Assembly (NCBI GenBank): GCA_965204575.1
Contig: OZ241993.1
Span: forward strand, 896,001-960,000
Direction: 5' to 3'
DNA length: 64,000 nt
Source: an uncultured candidatus Porisulfidus sp.
GTDB lineage: Bacteria > Pseudomonadota > Gammaproteobacteria > Poriferisulfidales > Poriferisulfidaceae
Part shown: positions 8,638-17,272 of the stretch, piece after piece
Layout of the letters: each line of letters opens with the position of its first letter
Numbering within the stretch: position 1 is the stretch's first letter
Translations under genes and position numbers: made by a program
Notes under the pieces: model-generated
The model's input: the letters and a program-made list of their open reading frames with translations, nothing else
The model's database searches: none
Told to the model about the DNA's origin: nothing

Positions 8638-9986
8638 CTTCATTATTCGTAGAATCCTCTATATACCAGAATTCCTGGAGTACGGAATCCTTGCGAAAAA
8701 TTTTTGATGAGAAATCAAGAATCAGAACTTGGCTAGAAATATTGGCCGTCCTAGCAGAAGTCCAGTCAAAATTTGGGTTAATACCAAAATCAGCTGGAAA
8801 TTCAATTAGGGAATTTTGCAGTCAAGTTGAGATCGATAGTGAATTACTTAATGACATCAAAGAAGGGTTTGAACAAAGTGGCCATTCCATGCAGGGCTTT
8901 ATCAATGCTTTGGCAAAGCGTGGAGGCGAAGATGTAAAAAACTGGTTGTATTTTGGCGCGACTGTACAAGATGTAACAGATACCTGGTTTTCGATCGCTT
9001 TGAGGGATGTCAGGGAACAGTTTTTGTTGGATATAAATGCAATATGTTCTATTACCAAAAATCTCATGAGCGAGCATCGCGACACGATCATGCCAGGGCG
9101 TACGCATGGACAACACGGGTTGCCTATAACATTTGGATTTAAGGTTGCGGGTTGGGCGTGTGAACTGGATCGTCATCGAACTCGGTTATCGCAATTGGGT
9201 AACCGAATGGACGAGGGGCAGTTATGTGGAGGCGTTGGATCACTTTCATCGTTAGGCCGCCACGGTCTAGAAATTCAAAAGGAATTTTGTAATCGCCTCG
9301 GATTACGCGACCCCATTATCTCTTGGATTTCAAGTCGGGATGTATTTGCAGAATGGGGCCAGTTATTAGTGCTGATAACTGGAACTGCAGATCGTATCGG
9401 TCATGAAATTTATAATTTGCAAAGGACAGAAATTGCAGAACTTATTGAGATTACGCCTATAGAAACCGTAGGCAGTATTACGATGCCGCATAAACAAAAC
9501 CCAGAAATATCCGAACATCTGGGAACGCTTGCCAGAGTCGTTCGCCATAATGCTGCAATTCTTCTTGAGGGCTTAGTCACTGATCATGAACGAGATGGTC
9601 GATCTTGGAAAAGTGAATGGCATGTCCTGCCGCTCATAACTTTAGTATCGGGAAAATCTCTAGAGTTACTGAAATTAATATTGTCAAACTTAGAAGTACA
9701 AACACTGAAAATGAAAGAGAACTTAGAAATCAGTGGCGAACAGATATTTTCAGAAGGTGTAATGCTGGCGTTAGCAAAAAAACTGGGGAAAAACCAGGCT
9801 CAAAAAATAGTCTACAAGGAAGCAATGAATGCGCGTAAGAAAGGAATTTCATTCAGAGAGGCTGTTTTGAATAACTCTCAAATTTCATCCAATCTAAGTG
9901 CTGAAGATATCGATGAGATTTTTAAAAATGAAAATCGTCTTGGTTTATGTACAGCGATGGTTGATAGAGTGCTAAACAAAATATGA
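8634..9986 (+). CDS. Adenylosuccinate-lyase-like enzyme of CoM biosynthesis (XcbD type)
   Basis: GATVQDVTDT, GRTHGQHG, GSITMPHKQNP, HERDG motifs. Position within the xcb operon. Confidence 0.8.
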   Translation: MTSLFVESSIYQNSWSTESLRKIFDEKSRIRTWLEILAVLAEVQSKFGLIPKSAGNSIREFCSQVEIDSELLNDIKEGFEQSGHSMQGFINALAKRGGEDVKNWLYFGATVQDVTDTWFSIALRDVREQFLLDINAICSITKNLMSEHRDTIMPGRTHGQHGLPITFGFKVAGWACELDRHRTRLSQLGNRMDEGQLCGGVGSLSSLGRHGLEIQKEFCNRLGLRDPIISWISSRDVFAEWGQLLVLITGTADRIGHEIYNLQRTEIAELIEITPIETVGSITMPHKQNPEISEHLGTLARVVRHNAAILLEGLVTDHERDGRSWKSEWHVLPLITLVSGKSLELLKLILSNLEVQTLKMKENLEISGEQIFSEGVMLALAKKLGKNQAQKIVYKEAMNARKKGISFREAVLNNSQISSNLSAEDIDEIFKNENRLGLCTAMVDRVLNKI

Positions 9987-10975
9987 GTACTCAAACACTC
10001 GCATCTGATGACTTGCCGAAAATCAGCCGTTGTGAGTTCGCACAATTTCCCACTCCTTTGCAGCGGTTTAAAAAACTGGAAAAAGATCTCAATGATATTG
10101 AGCTATGGGTTAAACGCGATGACCTAATCGAATTTGGTTATGGGGGAAATAAAGTCAGGGCACTTGAATACATAGCGGCAGACGCATTAAAGAGGGGGTC
10201 GAAAACGTTAATTACGGGTGCAGGTGTACAGTCCAATCATGTACGTGCAACGGCAGCAGTGGCAGCTTATTTAGATCTGAATTGTATCGCTATCTACTGG
10301 GGCAGCCCCCCAAAAGAAGTTACAGGCAATTATTACCTGACCAAATTGTTGGGAGCAGAAACCAGATTTACACACGATACTGATCGAAGCTCGGTAGATA
10401 CAATGATCCGACTTGTTGAGCAAGAACTGATGCATGGTGATGCCCTTCCTTATTCAATCCCGCGAGGAGGAGCATGTGCACTAGGGGTAATCGCTCACAT
10501 GTTTGCGGCGAAGGAATTATTTGAGCAGTGCCAAAGCAAAGAAATAAATGTCGATCTTGTAACGCTTGCAGTGGGTTCTGGAGGGACTATAGCTGGTTGG
10601 GTACTTGCACGAATCTTGTATGACCATCCTTGGCGAATCGAAGGCTTTACTGTGAGTCGGCCTGCCAAGGAGTTAAAGGAAATTGTTCATAATTTAGTAC
10701 AACAAGCCGCCGTAGTATTGAATGTCGCAGTAAACATAAATTTGGAGGAGATAGTAATCCGTGAGGGCTACATTGGTGATGGATACGGGATACCAAGTAT
10801 TGAAGGGAATGAAACAATTAAAGATGTTGCAATCAAGCAAGGTGTTTTTTTTGATCCGACGTATACAGGAAAAGCATTTGCTGGACTTTCAGATTTAATA
10901 AATAATGGTTTCTACAAGGACATTCAAACAGCCGTGTTTTTACATACAGGAGGAGAGCCGGTTTTGTTTAGTTAG
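9983..10975 (+). CDS. PLP-dependent D-cysteine desulfhydrase-like enzyme (XcbE type)
   Basis: WVKRDDL..GGNKVR (PLP Lys), QSNHVR, GSGGT, DPTYTGKA, FLHTGG motifs. Confidence 0.85.
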   Translation: MSTQTLASDDLPKISRCEFAQFPTPLQRFKKLEKDLNDIELWVKRDDLIEFGYGGNKVRALEYIAADALKRGSKTLITGAGVQSNHVRATAAVAAYLDLNCIAIYWGSPPKEVTGNYYLTKLLGAETRFTHDTDRSSVDTMIRLVEQELMHGDALPYSIPRGGACALGVIAHMFAAKELFEQCQSKEINVDLVTLAVGSGGTIAGWVLARILYDHPWRIEGFTVSRPAKELKEIVHNLVQQAAVVLNVAVNINLEEIVIREGYIGDGYGIPSIEGNETIKDVAIKQGVFFDPTYTGKAFAGLSDLINNGFYKDIQTAVFLHTGGEPVLFS

Positions 10976-10989
10976 TATAGGGTCAACAA

Positions 10990-12435
10990 ATGACAGAAGT
11001 TAAAACTACAACTATTCCTGATTTGCAAACAAGTGCAATGTCGACGGATAGCGATGAACGCGAAATTTTAAAATTGGTGGAGAATGCCAGATTTGCACAA
11101 TTGCAAGTAAATTCCTATACGCAAGAACAAGTAGATGAATTAGTGACATCAATTGCCTGGAGCGTTATCAAAAATAGAGAAGAATTGGCACGCATGGCTG
11201 TTGATGAGGGTGAGTTTGGAAATTACGCTGATAAAGTAACAAAGATTTACAATCGCGTAATAGGAACATTGGCGGATATGCGTTCAGTCAAGACTGTTGG
11301 TGTAGTTGAAGAGGACCCTGAGACCGGAATAACAAAGCTCGCTAAACCCGTGGGTGTAATTGGTGCACTTATTCCGGCAACAGGTCCTGATGCAACGCCG
11401 CCCGTCAAGGCATTAGGCGCGATTAAAGCAAGAAACGCGTTGATCATAGCGCCACACCCAAGGACAAAAAGAAGTTCAGCTAGAGTAGTCGAATGCATAC
11501 GAGAAGGTTGTACTCGCGTTGGTGCCCCTGAAGACCTGGCACAAGTGATAACCAGCCCTTCAATTCAAAAGACAAAAGTGCTAATGGAAAATGTAGATCT
11601 CATCGTGGCAACGGGGGGCATGAGTATGGTGAAAGCCGCATACAGCTCAGGGAAACCTGCATATGGAGTAGGTGTAGGGAATGCGGTACATATAGTGGAT
11701 GAAACCGCAGACCTCAACGATGCCGCTGATATGATTGCAAAGGCAAAGACATTTGATTTTGCAACAAGCTGCTTGGCGGATAACGCCATAGTAGTTCATC
11801 AAGATATCTACAAAGTACTAGTAAACAAGTTGATAGAACTTGGTGGTTATTTATGTAATAAAGCAGATAAAAATAGCCTTGAAAAAGTTATGTGGCCAAA
11901 AGATGCCCATATCCCATCTCCTGAAATCATCGCGAAATCTGCAGAGTCAATTGCGAAGAAGGCACAAATTGATATTCAGCCTGGCAAAAGCTTTCTGTTA
12001 GTAGAAGAAACCGGAATTGGAGAAGGCCATCCGTTCTCTGGAGAAAAACTGTCCGTTGTTTTAGCCGTCTATCAATATTCGGGTAAAATCGAAAATGCGG
12101 TAGATGTCGTAAATAGAATTACGAATTATCAGGGCTTGGGACATACATGCGGAATACATTCACAATCTGAAGCAAACATCAACTATGTTGCCCTAAATAC
12201 AAAAACAGCAAGAGTCATCGTGAATCAAAATCTTAATGAAGGAGCAGGCAGCCCCAGAAACGGATTGCCCTATACATTGTCACTTTCCTGTGGGACATGG
12301 GGAGGGAACATCACAACCGAAAATGTCAATGTTAGAAACTTTATGAATGTGACCTGGGTTTCACGTCCAGTACGTCCTCGTGCGTTTAACGAAGAGGAGC
12401 TGTTTGAAAATTATTGGAACAAATATGGCAAGTAA
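10990..12435 (+). CDS. CoA-acylating aldehyde dehydrogenase (SauS/AdhE-ALDH-like)
   Basis: AKPVGVIGALIP, ATGGMSMVKAAYSSGKPAYGVGVGN, KTFDFATSC (catalytic Cys), EKLSVVL, GHTCGIHS, LSCGTWGGN. Confidence 0.88.
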   Translation: MTEVKTTTIPDLQTSAMSTDSDEREILKLVENARFAQLQVNSYTQEQVDELVTSIAWSVIKNREELARMAVDEGEFGNYADKVTKIYNRVIGTLADMRSVKTVGVVEEDPETGITKLAKPVGVIGALIPATGPDATPPVKALGAIKARNALIIAPHPRTKRSSARVVECIREGCTRVGAPEDLAQVITSPSIQKTKVLMENVDLIVATGGMSMVKAAYSSGKPAYGVGVGNAVHIVDETADLNDAADMIAKAKTFDFATSCLADNAIVVHQDIYKVLVNKLIELGGYLCNKADKNSLEKVMWPKDAHIPSPEIIAKSAESIAKKAQIDIQPGKSFLLVEETGIGEGHPFSGEKLSVVLAVYQYSGKIENAVDVVNRITNYQGLGHTCGIHSQSEANINYVALNTKTARVIVNQNLNEGAGSPRNGLPYTLSLSCGTWGGNITTENVNVRNFMNVTWVSRPVRPRAFNEEELFENYWNKYGK

Positions 12436-12479
12436 GAATCAGTTATTGAGATTTTCTCGGCTATACATGGGTGCATGAC

Positions 12480-13985
12480 ATGAAACATTATGAGTTAGGG
12501 ACTGTAGAAGACCTAAAAAATTCTACCCGATTAAAACAAGAGGGTTTTGATGAAAATTTTTTAAAAGGAAAACGCCCTTCACCGATCGAACCGGTACAAA
12601 ATGTTATGGATTTGGCCGATGATATTAACAGCAAGAAATATGATGCCGTAATTGTTGGAAGTGGCCCGGGAGGATCAGCTGTTGCAAGAGAACTGGCAAG
12701 GGCAGGAAAAAAAGTAGTCGTACTGGAGTATGGGAAAGATCATCGAGGTAAATGGTATTACGGAACTGTCGCAGGACCTTTTCTCTACACCGAAAAACGT
12801 GGCTTTTTAAAATCTAAGGAAGGGGTAACAATTGTCCGCCCGATGCTTACTGGGGGGGCAACCAACATGTTTGCAAGTGCTGCTTCAGGCCCTCCATCTT
12901 GGTGGTTTGATAAAACGGGTGTGGATATAGAGTCTGAAGTTAACGAAACCATTGATGAGCTTCGGATTGAGGCGTTACCTGAAGAACTCACTGGCGCTGC
13001 ATCACAACGTATTGGAGAAGCAGGCAGAGATCTAGGCATGGACTGGGTGCCCCAAACAAAATTCATTCATCCAAAGCGGTGTTACTCTGAATTAGATTGC
13101 GGTGATAAATGCATGTTTGGTTGTCGATGTGGAGGCAAGTGGACTGCAAATGAATATTTGGATCAAGCTATTGAGGCCGGTGCGTCCGTTATTACCGAGT
13201 GTAACGTTCATAATGTTGAGATTGAAGATGGCGTAGCAACCGGGGTATATGCTGAAGTACACGGGGAAAGATTCAGACTGAATGGCCAGGTCGTTATTGT
13301 TTGTGCTGGAGGAATTGGCACACCTAGAATTTTACAAAATTCAGGCATTCATAATGCTGGAGATGCACTGGGTGTAGACACTACATTTGTTGTATATGGT
13401 GTCATCAAAGAGAAAGGAAATACTGGTGATCCACCTATGACGATCAGCTATTGTGACGATGAGAATGGTTTGATGTATTCGACACTCACTCAGCCATTTG
13501 GGCTATTTGCGCTTACTCAATATTACAAAGGTTGGAGGCATTTAAAGAAAGTGCCCAAGTTTCCGCGTATGCTAGGAATTATGGTTAAGATAAAAGAGGG
13601 CCTTAAAGGCTATGTGGCACCGGATGGACAGATCAGTATGCCTTTGTTGCATGATGATTTCCTCCGGGCAAACATTGGGTTCAGTACTAGCAAAAGTATT
13701 CTTATGAAAGCGGGATGTGATCCAAATACTATTTTTTGGAACCCCCCAAGAGGAACACATCCATGCGCAACAGTGCGTATAGGTGATCACTTGGATTCCG
13801 ATCTAAAAACTCTTGCATTTGATAACTTATATGTCTCGGATGCGAGCACTTTCCCATTACCCCTGGTACGTCCTCCGACACTTACAATTATTGGGCAAAG
13901 CAAGAGGTTGGCAAAGCATCTTATTGAAACCAAACTCAAAGACACTCAAATTCAGAAAGAGGAAAATATGGCATTGGCACAATAG
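12480..13985 (+). CDS. GMC-family flavin oxidoreductase
   Basis: IVGSGPGG FAD motif, LTGGATNM, CGDKCMFGC, AGGIGTPRILQNSG, HPCAT, DASTFP..PPTLTI. Alternative GTG start at 12471. Confidence 0.85.
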   Translation: MKHYELGTVEDLKNSTRLKQEGFDENFLKGKRPSPIEPVQNVMDLADDINSKKYDAVIVGSGPGGSAVARELARAGKKVVVLEYGKDHRGKWYYGTVAGPFLYTEKRGFLKSKEGVTIVRPMLTGGATNMFASAASGPPSWWFDKTGVDIESEVNETIDELRIEALPEELTGAASQRIGEAGRDLGMDWVPQTKFIHPKRCYSELDCGDKCMFGCRCGGKWTANEYLDQAIEAGASVITECNVHNVEIEDGVATGVYAEVHGERFRLNGQVVIVCAGGIGTPRILQNSGIHNAGDALGVDTTFVVYGVIKEKGNTGDPPMTISYCDDENGLMYSTLTQPFGLFALTQYYKGWRHLKKVPKFPRMLGIMVKIKEGLKGYVAPDGQISMPLLHDDFLRANIGFSTSKSILMKAGCDPNTIFWNPPRGTHPCATVRIGDHLDSDLKTLAFDNLYVSDASTFPLPLVRPPTLTIIGQSKRLAKHLIETKLKDTQIQKEENMALAQ

Positions 13986-14032
13986 AAAATGCATGCAATT
14001 TTTTGTGCATTAAATAATTTACAAAAAGAAAA

Positions 14033-14695
14033 TTGGAAGAACTAGAATTAATCAGCTTAAAACTATGTCCTTTTGTACAAAGGGCGGTGATAGTTTTAAA
14101 TCACAAAAACATAAATTATAAAATCACTCATGTGGACTTGGAGAATCCACCAGGCTGGTTTAATAAAATCTCACCATTAAAGAAAGTTCCGCTTCTAAAG
14201 ATAGGTGAAAAAGATGTCCTGTTTGAATCAGCGGTTATCTGTGAATACATAGATGATGTTACACCAATCAAGTTACGGCCAGAAAACCCGCTCCAATTGG
14301 CATACAATCGTGCATGGATTGAATTTGGATCTACATGCCTTGTAGATCAGTATTTGCTGCTTTTAAAAAAAACAGAGAAAGAGTTTAAAGAGCAAGCTGA
14401 TCAAATCATCAGTAAACTACATTTAGTAGAGAATACTTTGAATAATCAGCCATTTTTTAATGGCGAACAATTCTCGCTTGTAGATGCCGCATATGCTCCA
14501 TTACTGATACGATATGAAATCATAAATAATATTATTCCAATATTTAATTCTCAGAGCTTTGAAAAGCTTTCAAACTGGTCAGATACGATTCTTGGATCAA
14601 GCGCTGTACAAGAATCAATAGAATCAGATTTCCTCACCCAGTATAAAGACAAAATTGCAGGTTTCGACGGATACTTGTCATCCCATATTAGCTAA
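14033..14695 (+). CDS. Glutathione S-transferase, active-site-Cys (CPF) type
   Basis: LCPFVQRA, SPLKKVPLL, LFESAVICEY, FSLVDAAYAP motifs. Confidence 0.88.
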   Translation: MEELELISLKLCPFVQRAVIVLNHKNINYKITHVDLENPPGWFNKISPLKKVPLLKIGEKDVLFESAVICEYIDDVTPIKLRPENPLQLAYNRAWIEFGSTCLVDQYLLLLKKTEKEFKEQADQIISKLHLVENTLNNQPFFNGEQFSLVDAAYAPLLIRYEIINNIIPIFNSQSFEKLSNWSDTILGSSAVQESIESDFLTQYKDKIAGFDGYLSSHIS

Positions 14696-14735
14696 AGATT
14701 AGCTAGAAAAACTCTACTCTAAAAAACTTTCTTTT

Positions 14736-15875
14736 GTGAATTTACTTGCATCCAGATCTGCAGTTTGTGCTGCATTGATATTGGCCATAGGAATGGGTTT
14801 TGGACGTTTTTGTTTTACAGGCATTTTCCCTGTAATGGCTGATGAAGGATCGTTGACACTAGATGGGGGCGCCTATGTGGCATCTGCAAACTACGCAGGA
14901 TATTTGCTTGGTGCATTGTTAGCTATTAATACGCACCCTAATGACTCGTTTAAGCTGTGTCTTTATTCGATTTTAGGTACCGCATTGACAATTGCGTTTT
15001 TGGCTGTGTACCAGAGCGTGTGGTTTTTGATTGTCATGCGTGGCCTTTCAGGTGTATTCAGCGCCACTGCAATGGTTGGCGCCTCATCATGGTTATTGCA
15101 GTACAAAGGGGATCATCGTGCTTCGCCAATTTTATACGCAGGTATTGGGTTTGGAATTTTAATTTCGGCAGAAATCATCGCTATAGGTCAGCACTTTGGA
15201 TTTGGTAGTGCGGAATTATGGTTCTTGCTAGGCGGAGCGGGTTTGCTAATTGGGATACCTTGTATTTGGCTGATGAAAATGGATTCAGCGGGAAAGACCG
15301 TAGACCAAATCTATACAGGCATTCACAGTGCAGAAGTATTTGACAAGTGGAAACTAGTTTTAATTTATGGGTTAGCAGGGTTTGGTTATATCATTACCGC
15401 CACTTACCTTCCCTTGATAATCAAAAATGACTTGGGCATTGGAATCGGTATCCACATATGGGCAGTGTTTGGATTAGGAGCGATGTTCTCATGTTTTTTT
15501 TGGCATGGGGTTCAAGCTAAACTGGGCTCAAGAAATTCGTTATTTGTTAATTTAATTATCCAATCGATCGGTGTAGCGCTTCCAGTATTCAGTCAAACAT
15601 TATCCAGTTATTTGTGCAGTGCACTCTTGGTTGGTGGCACATTTATGGGATTTGTTACTATTGCTAAATCAATAGCACTGCAAATATCTCATGAAGCACG
15701 AGGTAACCTCATGGCAATCATGACTACTTCGTTTGGAATAGGCCAGATTGCGGGTCCGCTGGTTGCCAACGAGACCTATGATGTGAGCAAATCGTTTTCT
15801 TTGTCTTTTCTCATGGCAAGTATGGCGCTAATTATTGCAGCCGTAATCTCTTTAAAAGCTAACAGGAAAATTTGA
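14736..15875 (+). CDS. MFS transporter (YbfB/YjiJ family)
   Basis: AIGMGFGRFCFT, ASANYAGYLLGA, YGLAGFGYIITATYLP, multiple TM segments. Confidence 0.85.
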   Translation: MNLLASRSAVCAALILAIGMGFGRFCFTGIFPVMADEGSLTLDGGAYVASANYAGYLLGALLAINTHPNDSFKLCLYSILGTALTIAFLAVYQSVWFLIVMRGLSGVFSATAMVGASSWLLQYKGDHRASPILYAGIGFGILISAEIIAIGQHFGFGSAELWFLLGGAGLLIGIPCIWLMKMDSAGKTVDQIYTGIHSAEVFDKWKLVLIYGLAGFGYIITATYLPLIIKNDLGIGIGIHIWAVFGLGAMFSCFFWHGVQAKLGSRNSLFVNLIIQSIGVALPVFSQTLSSYLCSALLVGGTFMGFVTIAKSIALQISHEARGNLMAIMTTSFGIGQIAGPLVANETYDVSKSFSLSFLMASMALIIAAVISLKANRKI

Positions 15876-15946
15876 TTAATCTGCATAGCGATAACCGACA
15901 AGCCTCTGGGTATGTACAGATCCTATGTGAAATTGGACAGTTCAAA

Positions 15947-16032
15947 TGGTGCCGATGGCCGGACTCGAACCGGCACGGCTTTCGCCACTGCCCCCTCAAG
16001 ACAGCGTGTCTACCAGATTCCACCACATCGGC
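15947..16032 (-). tRNA. tRNA-Leu (GAG)
   Basis: Reverse complement GCCGATGTGGTGGAATCTGGTAGACACGCTGTCTTGAGGGGGCAGTGGCGAAAGCCGTGCCGGTTCGAGTCCGGCCATCGGCACCA. GAG anticodon, long variable arm, CCA end, downstream of secG as with leuU. Confidence 0.97.
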
Positions 16033-16067
16033 ACTGCCTGCAGTATTATCACAAAACGCGCCAAATC

Positions 16068-16436
16068 CTACTCAGGAATTTCTCCGGCTGGGCCCAATTC
16101 CGGTTCGAATTCCGAAATAACCGGCTGTTCCGGGATGCCGGGTTCGGGAAGGGCCTGCTCGGCTTCCGGTACGGCAATTTGCCCCATGAGGCTCTGTTCG
16201 GGTGGTGCGGTTTTGACGATCCACGCCAGCGCTAGGCAGTTGATGAAAAACAGGGCAACGATGACGGCGGTGATCCGACTGAGAAAGGTTGCGCTTCCGC
16301 GTGCGCCGAAAACAGAACCGGAGGCGCCGCCGCCGAATGCTGCGCCGGTATCCGCGCCCCGGCCGTGCTGCAGCAGCACCAGGCCGATGATGCTCAGCGA
16401 CAGCAGGATCGCGGTGATGAGGAGGACGGTGTACAT
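16068..16436 (-). CDS. secG: Preprotein translocase subunit SecG
   Basis: LVLLQHGRGADTGAAFGGGASGSVFG. Confidence 0.95.
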   Translation of the reverse strand: MYTVLLITAILLSLSIIGLVLLQHGRGADTGAAFGGGASGSVFGARGSATFLSRITAVIVALFFINCLALAWIVKTAPPEQSLMGQIAVPEAEQALPEPGIPEQPVISEFEPELGPAGEIPE

Positions 16437-16440
16437 CTGC

Positions 16441-17214
16441 CTATTTTCGCACGGCCTGGCAAATGGACAGGAATTCGTCGGCCTTCAGGGAAGCGCCGCC
16501 GACCAGGCCGCCGTCGATATCTGGCATGGAGAACAATTCCGACGCATTGGCTGCCTTGACGCTGCCGCCGTACAGCACGACCGTGTCCTGCGCAGCGGTT
16601 CCGAGCTTCTGCTCCAAGTGCGCCCGGATGGCGGCGTGCACTTCCTGCGCCATGTCTGGGGTGGCCGCGACTCCAGTGCCGATGGCCCAGACCGGCTCGT
16701 AGGCGATCAGCGCGCGCGGGAATGCGTCCGGGAAGCTTCGGACCGGCTGCAGTTGCCGGTGGATCACGTCCAGGGTCTGTCCCGCCTCGCGCTCCTCCAG
16801 GGTTTCTCCGACGCACAGGATCGCCCGGGGTGCGCCCGGGGTGTCTTGTTGCGCCGACTGGTGCAGGAGGGCGAACTTCTGCTCGATCAACTCGTCGGAT
16901 TCGCCGTACACGTGACGGCGCTCGGAATGGCCGATGATGGCGTGCGAGCAGCCCAGTTCGGCCAGCATGGCCACGGAGACTTCGCCGGTGAAGGCGCCCT
17001 CGGGTTGGTCGCAGACGTTCTGCGCGCCGATCTGGACCGGGCTTTCCGTAGTCTCTTCCAGGACGTCAAGCAGGTGGACGAACGGAGGGCAGAGCAGGAC
17101 TTCCGGAGCGGTCGCATCCCCGACCCCCTGTGCGACGGCACGGGCCAACGCCCGGGCGGTGTCCCGGGAGCCATGCATTTTCCAGTTGCCGGCGACGACG
17201 GTCGGTCGAGCCAT
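16441..17214 (-). CDS. tpiA: Triosephosphate isomerase
   Basis: AGNWKM, IIGHSERR, AYEPVWAIGTG, GGASL. Confidence 0.97.
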   Translation of the reverse strand: MARPTVVAGNWKMHGSRDTARALARAVAQGVGDATAPEVLLCPPFVHLLDVLEETTESPVQIGAQNVCDQPEGAFTGEVSVAMLAELGCSHAIIGHSERRHVYGESDELIEQKFALLHQSAQQDTPGAPRAILCVGETLEEREAGQTLDVIHRQLQPVRSFPDAFPRALIAYEPVWAIGTGVAATPDMAQEVHAAIRAHLEQKLGTAAQDTVVLYGGSVKAANASELFSMPDIDGGLVGGASLKADEFLSICQAVRK

Positions 17215-17272
17215 GAAAGGGATCCGGTGGTTATCGGGGGGTAATGCGGTGGGGCATTATAAAGGGCGGTTC

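Larger units (their letters stand above)
360..15969. mobile_element. tRNA-Leu-anchored AT-rich genomic island (CoM/epoxide metabolism), no integrase visible
   Basis: Flanking direct repeat, abrupt composition shift at both ends against the GC-rich core, IS remnant inside, all cargo genes on the + strand. Confidence 0.85.

Noticed and set aside
7120-9986. Housekeeping argH and purB
   Set aside because: Catalytic signatures are altered, and the genes are coupled to comA in xcb order within an island.
13958-13985. RBS-like GAGGAAAAT-ATG at the end of the GMC gene suggesting a lost downstream gene
   Set aside because: The ATG is in frame with GMC and stops after five codons, so it cannot be distinguished from chance.
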